Below are positions 1 through 10,513 of a DNA stretch of 33,350 nt, piece by piece. Source of the DNA: Octopus bimaculoides (Eukaryota); the NCBI RefSeq assembly GCF_001194135.2, contig NC_069002.1, positions 23,295,293 to 23,328,642 on the forward strand, given 5' to 3'. Under the pieces are notes generated by a model, which saw only the letters and a program-made list of their open reading frames with translations, was not told the origin of the DNA and made no database searches. Within the stretch, counting starts at the first letter, position 1; each line of letters opens with the position of its first letter. The position numbers and the translations under genes are program-made.

Positions 1-1082
1 GAATAATAATGTAGTCAGATTGTTGGATGGTTGTATATATTTTTATTACATTTTAGTGCTTCCGTTATCAGATTTATCAAAAAACTGGTTTATAGTAGGT
101 TTGCTTTGCCTTTTTATATAAAATTGAAAGTGATGATGTTTTAGAAAGAAAGAGAGAGAGAGAGTGGGGAAAGAGATGAACAAATTAGAAAGGAAGGTGC
201 AGAAGTGAGAGAGGAAGAGATAGTGGCAGATATTGAAGATAGAGAAGAGAAAGGAAAGTAGGAGTGTTTTGGTGGTTTGCAGAGGGAGGGAAAAGAAAGA
301 AGAAAAATGTTTGTGAGGGAGGGGGAAGCATGGATTTTGTCTCAGTGTGGTTAAGCTTGCTTGATTCAATATGTTGTTTTTTTTTCTCTTTTAGTGACCT
401 TTTGGGTGGGGAAGGAAAGGAATTTTTTGTATTCAAGTGGTCAAGGATTTTAATTGGAAGGCCATAAGTTGTATTTGATTTTCTCCAGTAAGAATTATAA
501 TTACATTTCAAGGTCTTGCTTTTATTTTTTAATTCTCATGTATTCATTATTATAAGGGAGAGGGTATGTTTGTATGGAGGTGGTCATTTTTTTTTTCTCT
601 GGCTAAGTTTTTGAAAGAGTGATTTTAAAAGTATGATTTTAAACACAAATAGGTATGATTTTAAATGCAATCTGAAAAAAGTCTAAGTGTGGGAAAATGT
701 TTCTCAGTTATAAATATGATCTGAATTTTTTTAAAAACATCATAAATATGATCATCATTCTTTGAATTTTCCTTATCCACATATTTATGATGTTAAAAAA
801 AAAAGAAATTCAGATCATATTTATAATTCAGAAACACTTTCCCATGCTTCAACTTTTTTTTAGATTGTATTTAAAACTATACCTATTTGTATTTAAAACC
901 ATACTTTAAAATCACTCTTTCAAAGACATAACCATACACAGCTAAATCAAAAACAACATAAGAAAGCACTGGAAATGTAAATAAACATTTATATAATCAT
1001 CCAACAATCTGACTACCTAATTTATTCTCAATATACAATATCTGTACGTCACTTCAAAAACCCTCTACACACACACACACAC

Positions 1083-1122
<40 letters not shown>

Positions 1123-1165
1123 GATTTTTGAAGTGATGTACAGATATTGTATATTGAGAATAAGT
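1..1165. mobile_element. Inverted/tandem array of one repeat family (Penelope-like arrangement, tentative)
   Basis: 1-60 is the inverse of 965-1028; 611-750 is the inverse of 780-923; 1022-1067 is the inverse of 1118-1163. The family assignment is inference only. Confidence 0.5.
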
Positions 1166-1583
1166 TATATAAAGTTTAATCTTTCATTCATAATAATGTT
1201 TTCATTCATATTTTTATTTCTATTCCTATTCTTTACGGAATATTTTCACTAGACTTCTTTTAAATAAACGTTTTTAGTCTTAAATAATCTAGCTTAAACT
1301 ATTGCATCGTTTAAATATGTGCTAATACTATATTTATTATTTTAACCTTAAACTTTGTTCAAATTGTATTTTAAACGTAAAAATTTGTTAAGTTGGTTTT
1401 TGCAAATAATATATCTGTTAGCTTATATTATAATGGATGTAGGGTTGATTATGGAATGTTTATTATTTTGATATTTTTGATAATATTTTTCTATCTTTAT
1501 ATAATAAGTATTTTATATACATTCATTTGTTATTTATTGTTGGTTGATATATACATTCATTTATTATTATTATTGTTGTATTT

Positions 1584-1699
1584 TGACCTGAAGATTAGCT
1601 ATATTTTTGAATAGAATTGATTTCTGATATTTTTAATTGATTTTAATCGATTTAAATTTTCTTTCTATTTGAAAATTAGTTATGAAACACGTGTAGTCA
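1584..1699 (+). ncRNA. Minimal type-I hammerhead ribozyme motif with extended stem II
   Basis: TGAC-CTGAAGA-[about 20 bp stem II]-GAAACACGTGT-A-GTCA. Stem I is TGAC/GTCA, stem III is the palindrome ACACGTGT, and the cleavage triplet is GUA. The 10.1/11.1 position is a U-U mismatch. Confidence 0.6.
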
Positions 1700-1834
1700 T
1701 TTTATTGTCTTTATCTTATGATATTTACTTTGTATTATATTATACTTATTTATTGTACTTTTAATTATTAATTTTTCTATATGTGACCGTGGATTTTCAT
1801 CGATGAGTTCATGAACCCTGGTTCTTTTCCCTAA

Positions 1835-1879
<45 letters not shown>

Positions 1880-1881
<2 letters not shown>

Positions 1882-2210
1882 CATCATCATCATCACTGTT
1901 TAATGTCCATTTTCCATGCTGGCATGGGTTGGACACTTTGACAGAAGCTGTCCAGACTCTAATTGTCTGTTGTGGTATGGTTTCTTTGGCTCTTCCAAAT
2001 GCCAACCACTTTACAAAGTGTGCTGGGTGTTTTTTATGTGCCACCATCAGTTATGCAGCATCAGCATGAGTGCATCTTATGTGGCACCGACACCTGCAAA
2101 GGACATTCCTGTATGCATAGATGACCATGATATTACTTAGCTTGACACATCTTCTCAAGTACAGCAAATTACCACAAGTCTCAAGTCCTTGTCATTTCCT
2201 CAATATATGA
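1880..2210 (-). mobile_element. RTE-type LINE 3' tail fragment
   Basis: Reverse complement of the tail at 30580-30758 (ccaacccatgccagcatggaaaa...taaa(c)(gat)n). Confidence 0.75.
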
Positions 2211-2476
2211 AGACATGTTGGCAAAATGCTGCTCCTCAAAATGGAAACCTTACCTGTCAATGTGGTTTTGTAGCATGAAGCAAAGCAAGCCTAGCTGTTC
2301 ACTCAAGAAAACACATAGTAAATGATCCACAAGCACTCGAGCAAACTGAGTCCTCAACTTGTTCCTTTTGTTAAAAGGTTTGCAAGGCACCAGCAGGCCT
2401 CAAAAGACACATTTGTGTCCATAGAACACAACACTTTATTTTACTGAACTCATATTTGTTGTTCACGATGAGAGAG

Positions 2477-2511
<35 letters not shown>

Positions 2512-2513
<2 letters not shown>

Positions 2514-2790
2514 TGAAGGTGAGTGGCTTAGTGGTTAGGGCATTTGACTCACAATCATAAGGTCATGAGTTCAATTCCCAGTGATGCGTTATGTTCTTGA
2601 GCAAGACACTTTATTTTATGTTGCTCCACTCCACTAAACTGGCAAAAATGAGTAGTACCAGAATTTCAAAGGGCCAGCTTTGTCACACCGATGAATCTCA
2701 CTGAGAACTACATTAAAGGTATGTGTCTGTGGAGTACTCAGCCACTTGCACATTAATTTCATGAGCAAGCTGTTTCATTGATCATATCAG
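2512..2790 (+). mobile_element. tRNA-derived SINE, family B
   Basis: A box TGGCTTAGTGG (2524), B box GAGTTCAATTCC (2568); the body is homologous to 13485-13805. Confidence 0.8.
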
Positions 2791-2801
2791 CAATATATAT
2801 A

Positions 2802-3033
2802 TAAAGTAAAGACTATTTTCCAACATAATGTGGCTGTTCTGGATGGGAAATGTTGTTTCCAGTTGACTATAGGACACAGTATCTGTGTCCTTATATTTTC
2901 AGACAGGGAAATATAAGGACACAGATATTGTGTCATATAACCAGCTGGAAATGACATTTCTTGGGGTTAAACAACAGTAACAATCATCCCATCCAGGACA
3001 ACCACATTATGTTGGCAAATAGCCTTCACTTTA
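2802..3033. mobile_element. Fold-back element (MITE-like) with arms of about 100 bp
   Basis: taaagtaaagactattttccaacataatgtgg... pairs with ...ccacattatgttggcaaatagccttcacttta; the loop is near 2901-2906. Confidence 0.8.
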
Positions 3034-3091
3034 AAGAACTGTTACTGAATGTCTCTCTTTGAGAGATTTAGAAATAATAATATTATACATA

Positions 3092-3148
<57 letters not shown>

Positions 3149-3264
3149 GTGTGTGTGTATGTATGTATGTATATATGTAGTAGGAATAGAAAGTTCTTGT
3201 TACAGTACTCTGTTTGAAAAGATGAATTTTTCTTCTGCTATAAGGTTTAGATGTTTACAAACCT

Positions 3265-3646
3265 AGGTGCAGGCATTGTTGTGTGGTAAGAAGTTTGCTT
3301 TGCGACCACATAGGTCTGGGTTCAGTCCCACTACATGGTGTCTTGGGCAAGTGCCTTCTACTAAAGCTTTGGGCTGATCAGAGCTTTGTGAATGGATTTG
3401 GTAGATGAAAACTGAAAGAAACCAATCATTTGTGTGTGTGTGTGTGTGTGTGTTTGTCCCCCATGACCACTTGACAACTGGTGTTGGTGTGTTTATATCC
3501 CTGCGACTTAGTGGTTCAGCAAAATAAGTGTGAGGCATTAAAGAAAATGTAAGTGCTAGGATTGATGCATTCGACTTAGATTCTCCAAGACAATGTCCCA
3601 GCATGGTCACACTCTAATGACTGAAATAAATATAAGATTAAAAAGA
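3265..3646 (+). mobile_element. tRNA-derived SINE, family A, full length with internal (GT)n
   Basis: Head ggtgcaggca..gtgtggtaagaag with B box GGTTCAGTCCC (3319); homologous copies recur across the window. Confidence 0.85.
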
Positions 3647-3995
3647 TGTATCTCTGTATATGCATGGTGTATCTGTGTGTGTGTATTCAGTTAAAAAGAA
3701 ATATAGATGGCATTGTGACCCACGCTTAGGCAATCCATTTGTAAACAAACACACCTTATTTTCCTTTTCAAGAAGTTCTTTTTTTCGAAATACACACCCT
3801 AGTTTTTTGTTTTCACTCCTATTTTAATTTTTTCAATTAGCTTTTGGCTTATCCGAATTTATATTCACCCCTTTAAATTATGTATATGTATGTATGTGCG
3901 TGTGTATCAAAATGAAAATCTCGTGAAGAGGAGACTCTTTTACACAGGGAGCAGTGCAGAATTCTGTTTATTTGAATATGTTTTTCATAAGCAAT

Positions 3996-4057
3996 ACTAT
4001 GCTGATGAGCGGAGTCTAGATTCATTCTAGTAATTGCGAAATCGGTCGAAACATAGT
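3996..4057 (+). ncRNA. Minimal type-I hammerhead motif with U16.1-to-A substitution (probably inactive)
   Basis: ACTATG-CTGATGA-G..stem II..C-GAAA-TCGgtCGA-A-A-CATAGT. Stem I is 6 perfect bp and stem II closes with G-C. Confidence 0.55.
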
Positions 4058-4627
4058 TGAGTTATTNNNNNNNNNNNNNNNNNNNNNNNNNNNNNNNNNN
4101 NNNNNNNNNNNNNNNNNNNNNNNNNNNNNNNNNNNNNNNNNNNNNNNNNNNNNNNNNNNNNNNNNNNNNNNNNNNNNNNNNNNNNNNNNNNNNNNNNNNN
4201 NNNNNNNNNNNNNNNNNNNNNNNNNNNNNNNNNNNNNNNNNNNNNNNNNNNNNNNNNNNNNNNNNNNNNNNNNNNNNNNNNNNNNNNNNNNNNNNNNNNN
4301 NNNNNNNNNNNNNNNNNNNNNNNNNNNNNNNNNNNNNNNNNNNNNNNNNNNNNNNNNNNNNNNNNNNNNNNNNNNNNNNNNNNNNNNNNNNNNNNNNNNN
4401 NNNNNNNNNNNNNNNNNNNNNNNNNNNNNNNNNNNNNNNNNNNNNNNNNNNNNNNNNNNNNNNNNNNNNNNNNNNNNNNNNNNNNNNNNNNNNNNNNNNN
4501 NNNNNNNNNNNNNNNNNNNNNNNNNNNNNNNNNNNNNNNNNNNNNNNNNNNNNNNNNNNNNNNNNNNNNNNNNNNNNNNNNNNNNNNNNNNNNNNNNNNN
4601 NNTATATATATATATATATATATATAT

Positions 4628-4955
4628 GTTGGGCCTCACAGAGGCAATGTGACCAATGCCAGTGCCACATAACTGGCATGGGTGCCAGTGGCGCATAAAA
4701 GCACCTGTTACACTTTCAGAGTGGTTGGCATTAGGAAGGGCATCCAGCTATAGAAACCATGCCAAATCGGACTAGTACTGATTTGGCAGGTATTCTATGG
4801 CTGGATGCCCTTCCTAATGCTAACCATTTCGGTTCAGGTTAATTGATGCTGTTAAATCATAAAAAAAGTCTGCTGCATTCCCTCAGCTTATCAGCCCTGG
4901 TCAAACTGTCCAACCCATGCCAGCATAGACAACGGATGTTAGATGATGATGATGA
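4628..4955 (+). mobile_element. RTE-type LINE 3' tail fragment with internal inversion
   Basis: gagtggttggcattaggaagggcatccagc ... ccaacccatgccagcat ... (gat)n. Confidence 0.75.
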
Positions 4956-5339
4956 TATGTATATATATTATTGACCAAACCTAATCAATGAAGAAGAACA
5001 GAGTGTTTGCCAGTGAAGCTGTGATTTTGCATGGAGGCGATTACTCTCTCTAGGCGCTGGATGTTAAAATGCTTAAAAGTTCAGGACAGGTAGGACAACC
5101 CAACCCAGATCCCATTTTGGAATGATGGGCATTGATGTTTCACCATTGTTATGGCTTATCAGCCTCAGTGAACCCGAACCGAATTGGTGGTGTTTCATAC
5201 TGCCAGTTCATGACTTACCAGCACAAATTTTTTACACTATATGCTTATATGCCTCAGCAATGCATCTGTACAAATAAATTCAAATATAAAACAGAAGCAA
5301 CGCTAGTGTAATAAACATTATTGATCACACCCACTTAAT

Positions 5340-5379
5340 GGATAGATAAATAGATAGATAGATAGATAGACAAACAGAC

Positions 5380-5410
<31 letters not shown>

Positions 5411-5429
5411 CAGATAGATAGATAGATTA

Positions 5430-5471
<42 letters not shown>

Positions 5472-5550
5472 GATTGATAGACAGAGAGACAGACAGACAG
5501 ATAAATTGATTGATGGATAGACAGACAGATAGATAGATTGATAGATAGAC
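5340..5550. repeat. (GATA)n/(GACA)n microsatellite
   Basis: Read directly from the sequence. Confidence 0.95.
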
Positions 5551-5571
5551 AGGTACTCACTCATTCCCTCA

Positions 5572-6165
5572 CTCTCTCCCTCCCTTCTTCTCTCTCCCTC
5601 CCTTCTTCTCTCTCCCTCCCTTCTTCTCTCTCCCTCCCTTCTTCTCTCTCCCTCCCTTCTTCTCTCTCCCTCCCTTCTNNNNNNNNNNNNNNNNNNNNNN
5701 NNNNNNNNNNNNNNNNNNNNNNNNNNNNNNNNNNNNNNNNNNNNNNNNNNNNNNNNNNNNNNNNNNNNNNNNNNNNNNNNNNNNNNNNNNNNNNNNNNNN
5801 NNNNNNNNNNNNNNNNNNNNNNNNNNNNNNNNNNNNNNNNNNNNNNNNNNNNNNNNNNNNNNNNNNNNNNNNNNNNNNNNNNNNNNNNNNNNNNNNNNNN
5901 NNNNNNNNNNNNNNNNNNNNNNNNNNNNNNNNNNNNNNNNNNNNNNNNNNNNNNNNNNNNNNNNNNNNNNNNNNNNNNNNNNNNNNNNNNNNNNNNNNNN
6001 NNNNNNNNNNNNNNNNNNNNNNNNNNNNNNNNNNNNNNNNNNNNNNNNNCCTCCCTTCTTCTCTCTCCCTCCCTTCTCTCTCCCTCCCTTCTTCTCTCTC
6101 CCTCCCTTCTTCTCTCTCCTTCCCTTCTTCTCTCTCCCTCCCTTCTTCTCTCTCCCTCCCTCCCT
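5572..6165. repeat. 18-bp pure pyrimidine minisatellite (TCCCTTCTTCTCTCTCCC)n spanning an N gap
   Basis: The unit is visible on both sides of the 5679-6049 gap. Confidence 0.9.
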
Positions 6166-6638
6166 CCTTCCAGAAATATACTTGTATGCCAAGTGTTTCG
6201 ATCTGTGATCATGCATTGAAATTTTGAGATGCAGCAATTTTATTTTTTGTGTGTAATTGAACAAGTTGCAGTTTCAAGCGCAAAAGATTTTGACATCATA
6301 TTCCTAATAAATGTTCAAGTGAAGGTGGTGCCTTTGTGTGTTTTTGAATGGCTAGCTTATGTCTTCCCTGTTGTAATCACCTGTATATGCTTCAACAAGT
6401 TAGTCTTTTCTCATTCTACAGCTGAGAATATAGAAGTAAAAATGAAGACCAAAGTTTTCTGAAACACAACAAAGTTTATTTATTTATACTGTGAGACTAA
6501 AGACCATAAATTTTTTCATATTCATTGTTCTTTTCCTCATTTTATTTTCTTGTCATAAACACACGTGAATATGTTCATCCAATGTCTTTGATAGGAAAGT
6601 TGAAGAAAAACAGTACTTATAAATATGTGAACCTTCCA

Positions 6639-6692
<54 letters not shown>

Positions 6693-6696
<4 letters not shown>

Positions 6697-6900
6697 GGGG
6701 TGCAGACAAGTTCCTGGCTTTGGGTAAAAGAAAATAAAGGAGGATCAGTTAGTTATGATTTTATTCAACATATTCCTCTCTCAGATTCACAGACTTATTG
6801 CAGCAGTCCTTCAAGGTTCCTAGGACCTGTAAAAGTTTGGACTTTTAATTAGGTGTGTTGTGATGCCCTTAAAGCCAAGAACTTTTCAGCATCGCCTTGT
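6693..6900. mobile_element. Mariner-type MITE
   Basis: Degenerate TIRs of about 30 bp: acaaggggtgcagacaagttcctggcttt / aaagccaagaacttttcagcatcgccttgt. Confidence 0.65.
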
Positions 6901-7313
6901 GTATATGCTTGTGTGTGTGTATCTATATAATATATACACATATATATCGCTATATAATATATACATATATATATATATGTTTATATAGTATATACATATA
7001 TATATATGTATATATATATATATATGTCTATATAATATATACACATATAAATGTCTATATAATATTTAGGTATATNNNNNNNNNNNNNNNNNNNNNNNNN
7101 NNNNNNNNNNNNNNNNNNNNNNNNNNNNNNNNNNNNNNNNNNNNNNNNNNNNNNNNNNNNNNNNNNNNNNNNNNNNNNNNNCAGCTTTGTGTAAGTGACA
7201 AATATGGAGTGCAAGTGGGATGATAATGTTAATACAGCAGTCATTCGTGGATAAACACATGACTCTGCATATGGTCTTTCCTAAATACATTGATACTAAC
7301 ATACACACATGTG

Positions 7314-7346
<33 letters not shown>

Positions 7347-8205
7347 TCATGCACATAACTTTTAAAACATCTAGGAAGGAAAAGAAAGGTGGGTGTGAGG
7401 AATATGTAGTTTTAAAGGAAGAGGGGACAAGTGGCTTTTCTGCTGTCCATTACAAAGAAACACACACACACATACATACATACATTTATTTATACATACA
7501 TACATACATGTCTACTATACACCATTTTAAACTCATGATTACCGTGTGTACATTTGTAAATGTGTGTGTTTCATTTCCTATAATTGTTTATCTCTCTAGT
7601 GTTAGATTTTAAAATAACGTTGAAATTTTCAGATTTGGTATATTGAAATAATTTTCCATGTCAAATCTGATTTTGTTATTTATTTGTTCCAGAAAAATAG
7701 CAGAAAAATGTTACTGAGGTTTAAGGTTTAATCAATTTTACCTAATCTGAAAATAGGATTTGGAAGCTGGCATTTTCTGCATGTCTATCACAAAATGAAA
7801 GCAAAATCATTAGGAGGAGGAATTTTATTAAACAGATGAAAGCAAAGCATTACTACGGCCAAAGTTGTAAGAACTTCTGAAGTTTTAATAAGTTTTAATG
7901 ACTAAAGTCATGTGAAACAGTTGAACAGACATGTAAATAATTTAAAAAGGTAAAAGATCCTCAATGTAAACTTTTTGTGAAAAATTGCACAAATCTGTCC
8001 TCATCAAGAGGCCTATTTGTTGGGGAAGGCATGGTCTGACATGGAATAAACAAAGATTTATATAAGATATTCTATTGTAAAAATTACATGACAACGATTG
8101 GCTATTCAGATAGTATATATATGTATGTATATGTCTATATAATATGTATATGTATAAATCTATATATTACATATATATATACATACATATATATATGTCT
8201 ATAAG

Positions 8206-8335
8206 AAATTTACTTTCCAACCACATGATTCTGGGTTCAGTCTCACTGCATGGCACCTTGTGCAAGTGTCTTCTACTGTAGCCTCAGACTGATCCAGGCC
8301 TTGTGGGTGAATATGGTCAGTGCAAACAGAAAGAA
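8206..8335 (+). mobile_element. SINE family A head fragment
   Basis: gggttcagtctcactgcatggcaccttgtgcaagtgtcttctac matches 3300-3420. Confidence 0.75.
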
Positions 8336-8362
8336 GACTCTCTCTCTCTCTCACACACACAC

Positions 8363-8399
<37 letters not shown>

Positions 8400-8876
8400 N
8401 NNNNNNNNNNNNNNNNNNNNNNNNNNNNNNNNNNNNNNNNNNNNNNNNNNNNNNNNNNNNNNNNNNNNNNNNNNNNNNNNNNNNNNNNNNNNNNNNNNNN
8501 NNNNNNNNNNNNNNNNNNNNNNNNNNNNNNNNNNNNNNNNNNNNNNNNNNNNNNNNNNNNNNNNNNNNNNNNNNNNNNNNNNNNNNNNNNNNNNNNNNNN
8601 NNNNNNNNNNNNNNNNNNNNNNNNNNNNNNNNNNNNNNNNNNNNNNNNNNNNNNNNNNNNNNNNNNNNNNNNNNNNNNNNNNNNNNNNNNNNNNNNNNNN
8701 NNNNNNNNNNNNNNNNNNNNNNNNNNNNNNNNNNNNNNNNNNNNNNNNNNNNNNNNNNNNNNNNNNNNNNNNNNNNNNNNNNNNNNNNNNNNNNNNNNNN
8801 NNNNNNNNNNNNNNNNNNNNNNNNNNNNNNNNTGAAACCAGTAAAAGATAAAAGGGAAAAAATAGTAAAGGTTAAT

Positions 8877-8904
<28 letters not shown>

Positions 8905-8908
<4 letters not shown>

Positions 8909-9137
8909 GGGATTTTTGGTTCAGTCCTCTGGCAGGGTTCCTTGAAAAGCCACTTGTGTAAGGTTTTTAGTCATAATTTGACTCAATTACTTTTGAAATC
9001 TGTTACTTTTTCTACCATTCTCTTTTTGCTGGACTGCTAAATTGCAAGAATGTAAACAAACCATCCATAGTTGCCCAGATAGGTGGGGTGTAGGGTAAAT
9101 ACAAAAGGCATACATGTACACAGGCACATACACACAG

Positions 9138-9175
<38 letters not shown>

Positions 9176-9300
9176 TCCCATAATCTAGATTCTCTCTTAA
9201 AGGTCTTGGTCAGTGCAGGGCTATAATAAATGACAGTTGCTTGGGACTGAACTTGGAAGCACGTTGTTGGCCAGCCATCTTCATAACCATGCAGCCATGC
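8905..9300 (-). mobile_element. Degenerate SINE family A-related copy
   Basis: Inverse similarity to 3265-3646, with a central (CA)n. Confidence 0.55.
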
Positions 9301-9625
9301 CTACACCATGAATCTCTTCCACTGCTTCATTTTTATTTCCATACAAAAACCGGTCTCAGTATTATCATGTTAAATTTTCCAGCTTGAAATATTTATGTAT
9401 TCATTCTATTTAATTCTTATTGAATGTTCCCTGTTGGTCTTTCTTTTAATAATATCTATGTCTTCTAATGTTTTTATTATTATTAGTAGTATTAATATTG
9501 TTATTATTTGAAGATATAATTTTATAGAATTGCCGTTTGAAATCATTGCATATGAAGTATCATACACATACATGCTAACACCCACTTAGGTATTTATTGG
9601 TGTTTGTGATTGTGTGTGTGACTGT

Positions 9626-9679
<54 letters not shown>

Positions 9680-10138
9680 GCACATGATTATATATAGTGA
9701 GATACACACACATAACTATACATAACTATACATATGCATAATTATGTGCATACATATATATATATATACATATATATGNNNNNNNNNNNNNNNNNNNNNN
9801 NNNNNNNNNNNNNNNNNNNNNNNNNNNNNNNNNNNNNNNNNNNNNNNNNNNNNNNNNNNNNNNNNNNNNNNNNNNNNNNNNNNNNNNNNNNNNNNNNNNN
9901 NNNNNNNNNNNNNNATATATATATATATTTACATATGTAAATATATATATACACATACATATGTAATATATGTTAATGAAAGAAGACATGTGAGAGCATT
10001 TTGTTAGTGAGAAAAATTTTTTTTTAGTTAAAAAGAAACCCCTTAATTCCTCCTAAGTTTTTCCAAATTCAGCAGTAAACAACCAAACCCACATCTGTTT
10101 ACCTATCTTCACTGATTCTTCTTTCATCTTCTTTGAAT

Positions 10139-10513
10139 TCACACTAAGGTCCACAGATAGAGGAATAACAGAAAGAATGTGACCCAAGGGTTAACTAGAG
10201 CATGGCTACTAACTGTACTGTTTTCTATAGTAACTACTTTTGATGGTGATTGTTTACTGAACTCTTTAAAGCTGCGTAGGACAACACGATCATTTAGCTC
10301 TTGAACTGGTCTGAAGTTGTTCACCATTTCGAATCTGTATTTCCGAAACAAGTCAATAACGTCTGTTGTATTCTCATCTCCTGCAGGAGTAACATTGATG
10401 CCAGCATTTGAGTTTTCTGTACTTGATTCAGTGCCGTTATTCTTTGCTTTATTTAATCTTTCCTGTTCCTTTGCAGCATCATAGACATAAAACAGGTCAC
10501 GTATTTTCTGCAT
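10139..10513 (-). CDS. CA: CA terminal coding exon (124 aa + TGA) with insertion loop and GPI-like tail
   Basis: Acceptor tttctcttcaag|ATG; contains MVNNFRPVQELNDRVV; ends WVTFFLLFLYLWTLV-stop. Confidence 0.92.
   Translation of the reverse strand: MQKIRDLFYVYDAAKEQERLNKAKNNGTESSTENSNAGINVTPAGDENTTDVIDLFRKYRFEMVNNFRPVQELNDRVVLRSFKEFSKQSPSKVVTIENSTVSSHALVNPWVTFFLLFLYLWTLV

Noticed and set aside
185-511. 108-aa ORF with faint resemblance to a Penelope GIY-YIG C-terminus (KILD...LKEK..HI...LN)
   Set aside because: The conserved Cys/His residues are absent; too weak to call without a profile search.
2512-3340. tRNA genes
   Set aside because: The A/B boxes belong to SINE heads followed by SINE bodies; no complete cloverleaf is evident.
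5219-5265. 47-nt segment with good minus-strand splice signals (tacag|...CTG|gtaagt)
   Set aside because: Stop codons in all three frames and no supporting neighbouring exons.
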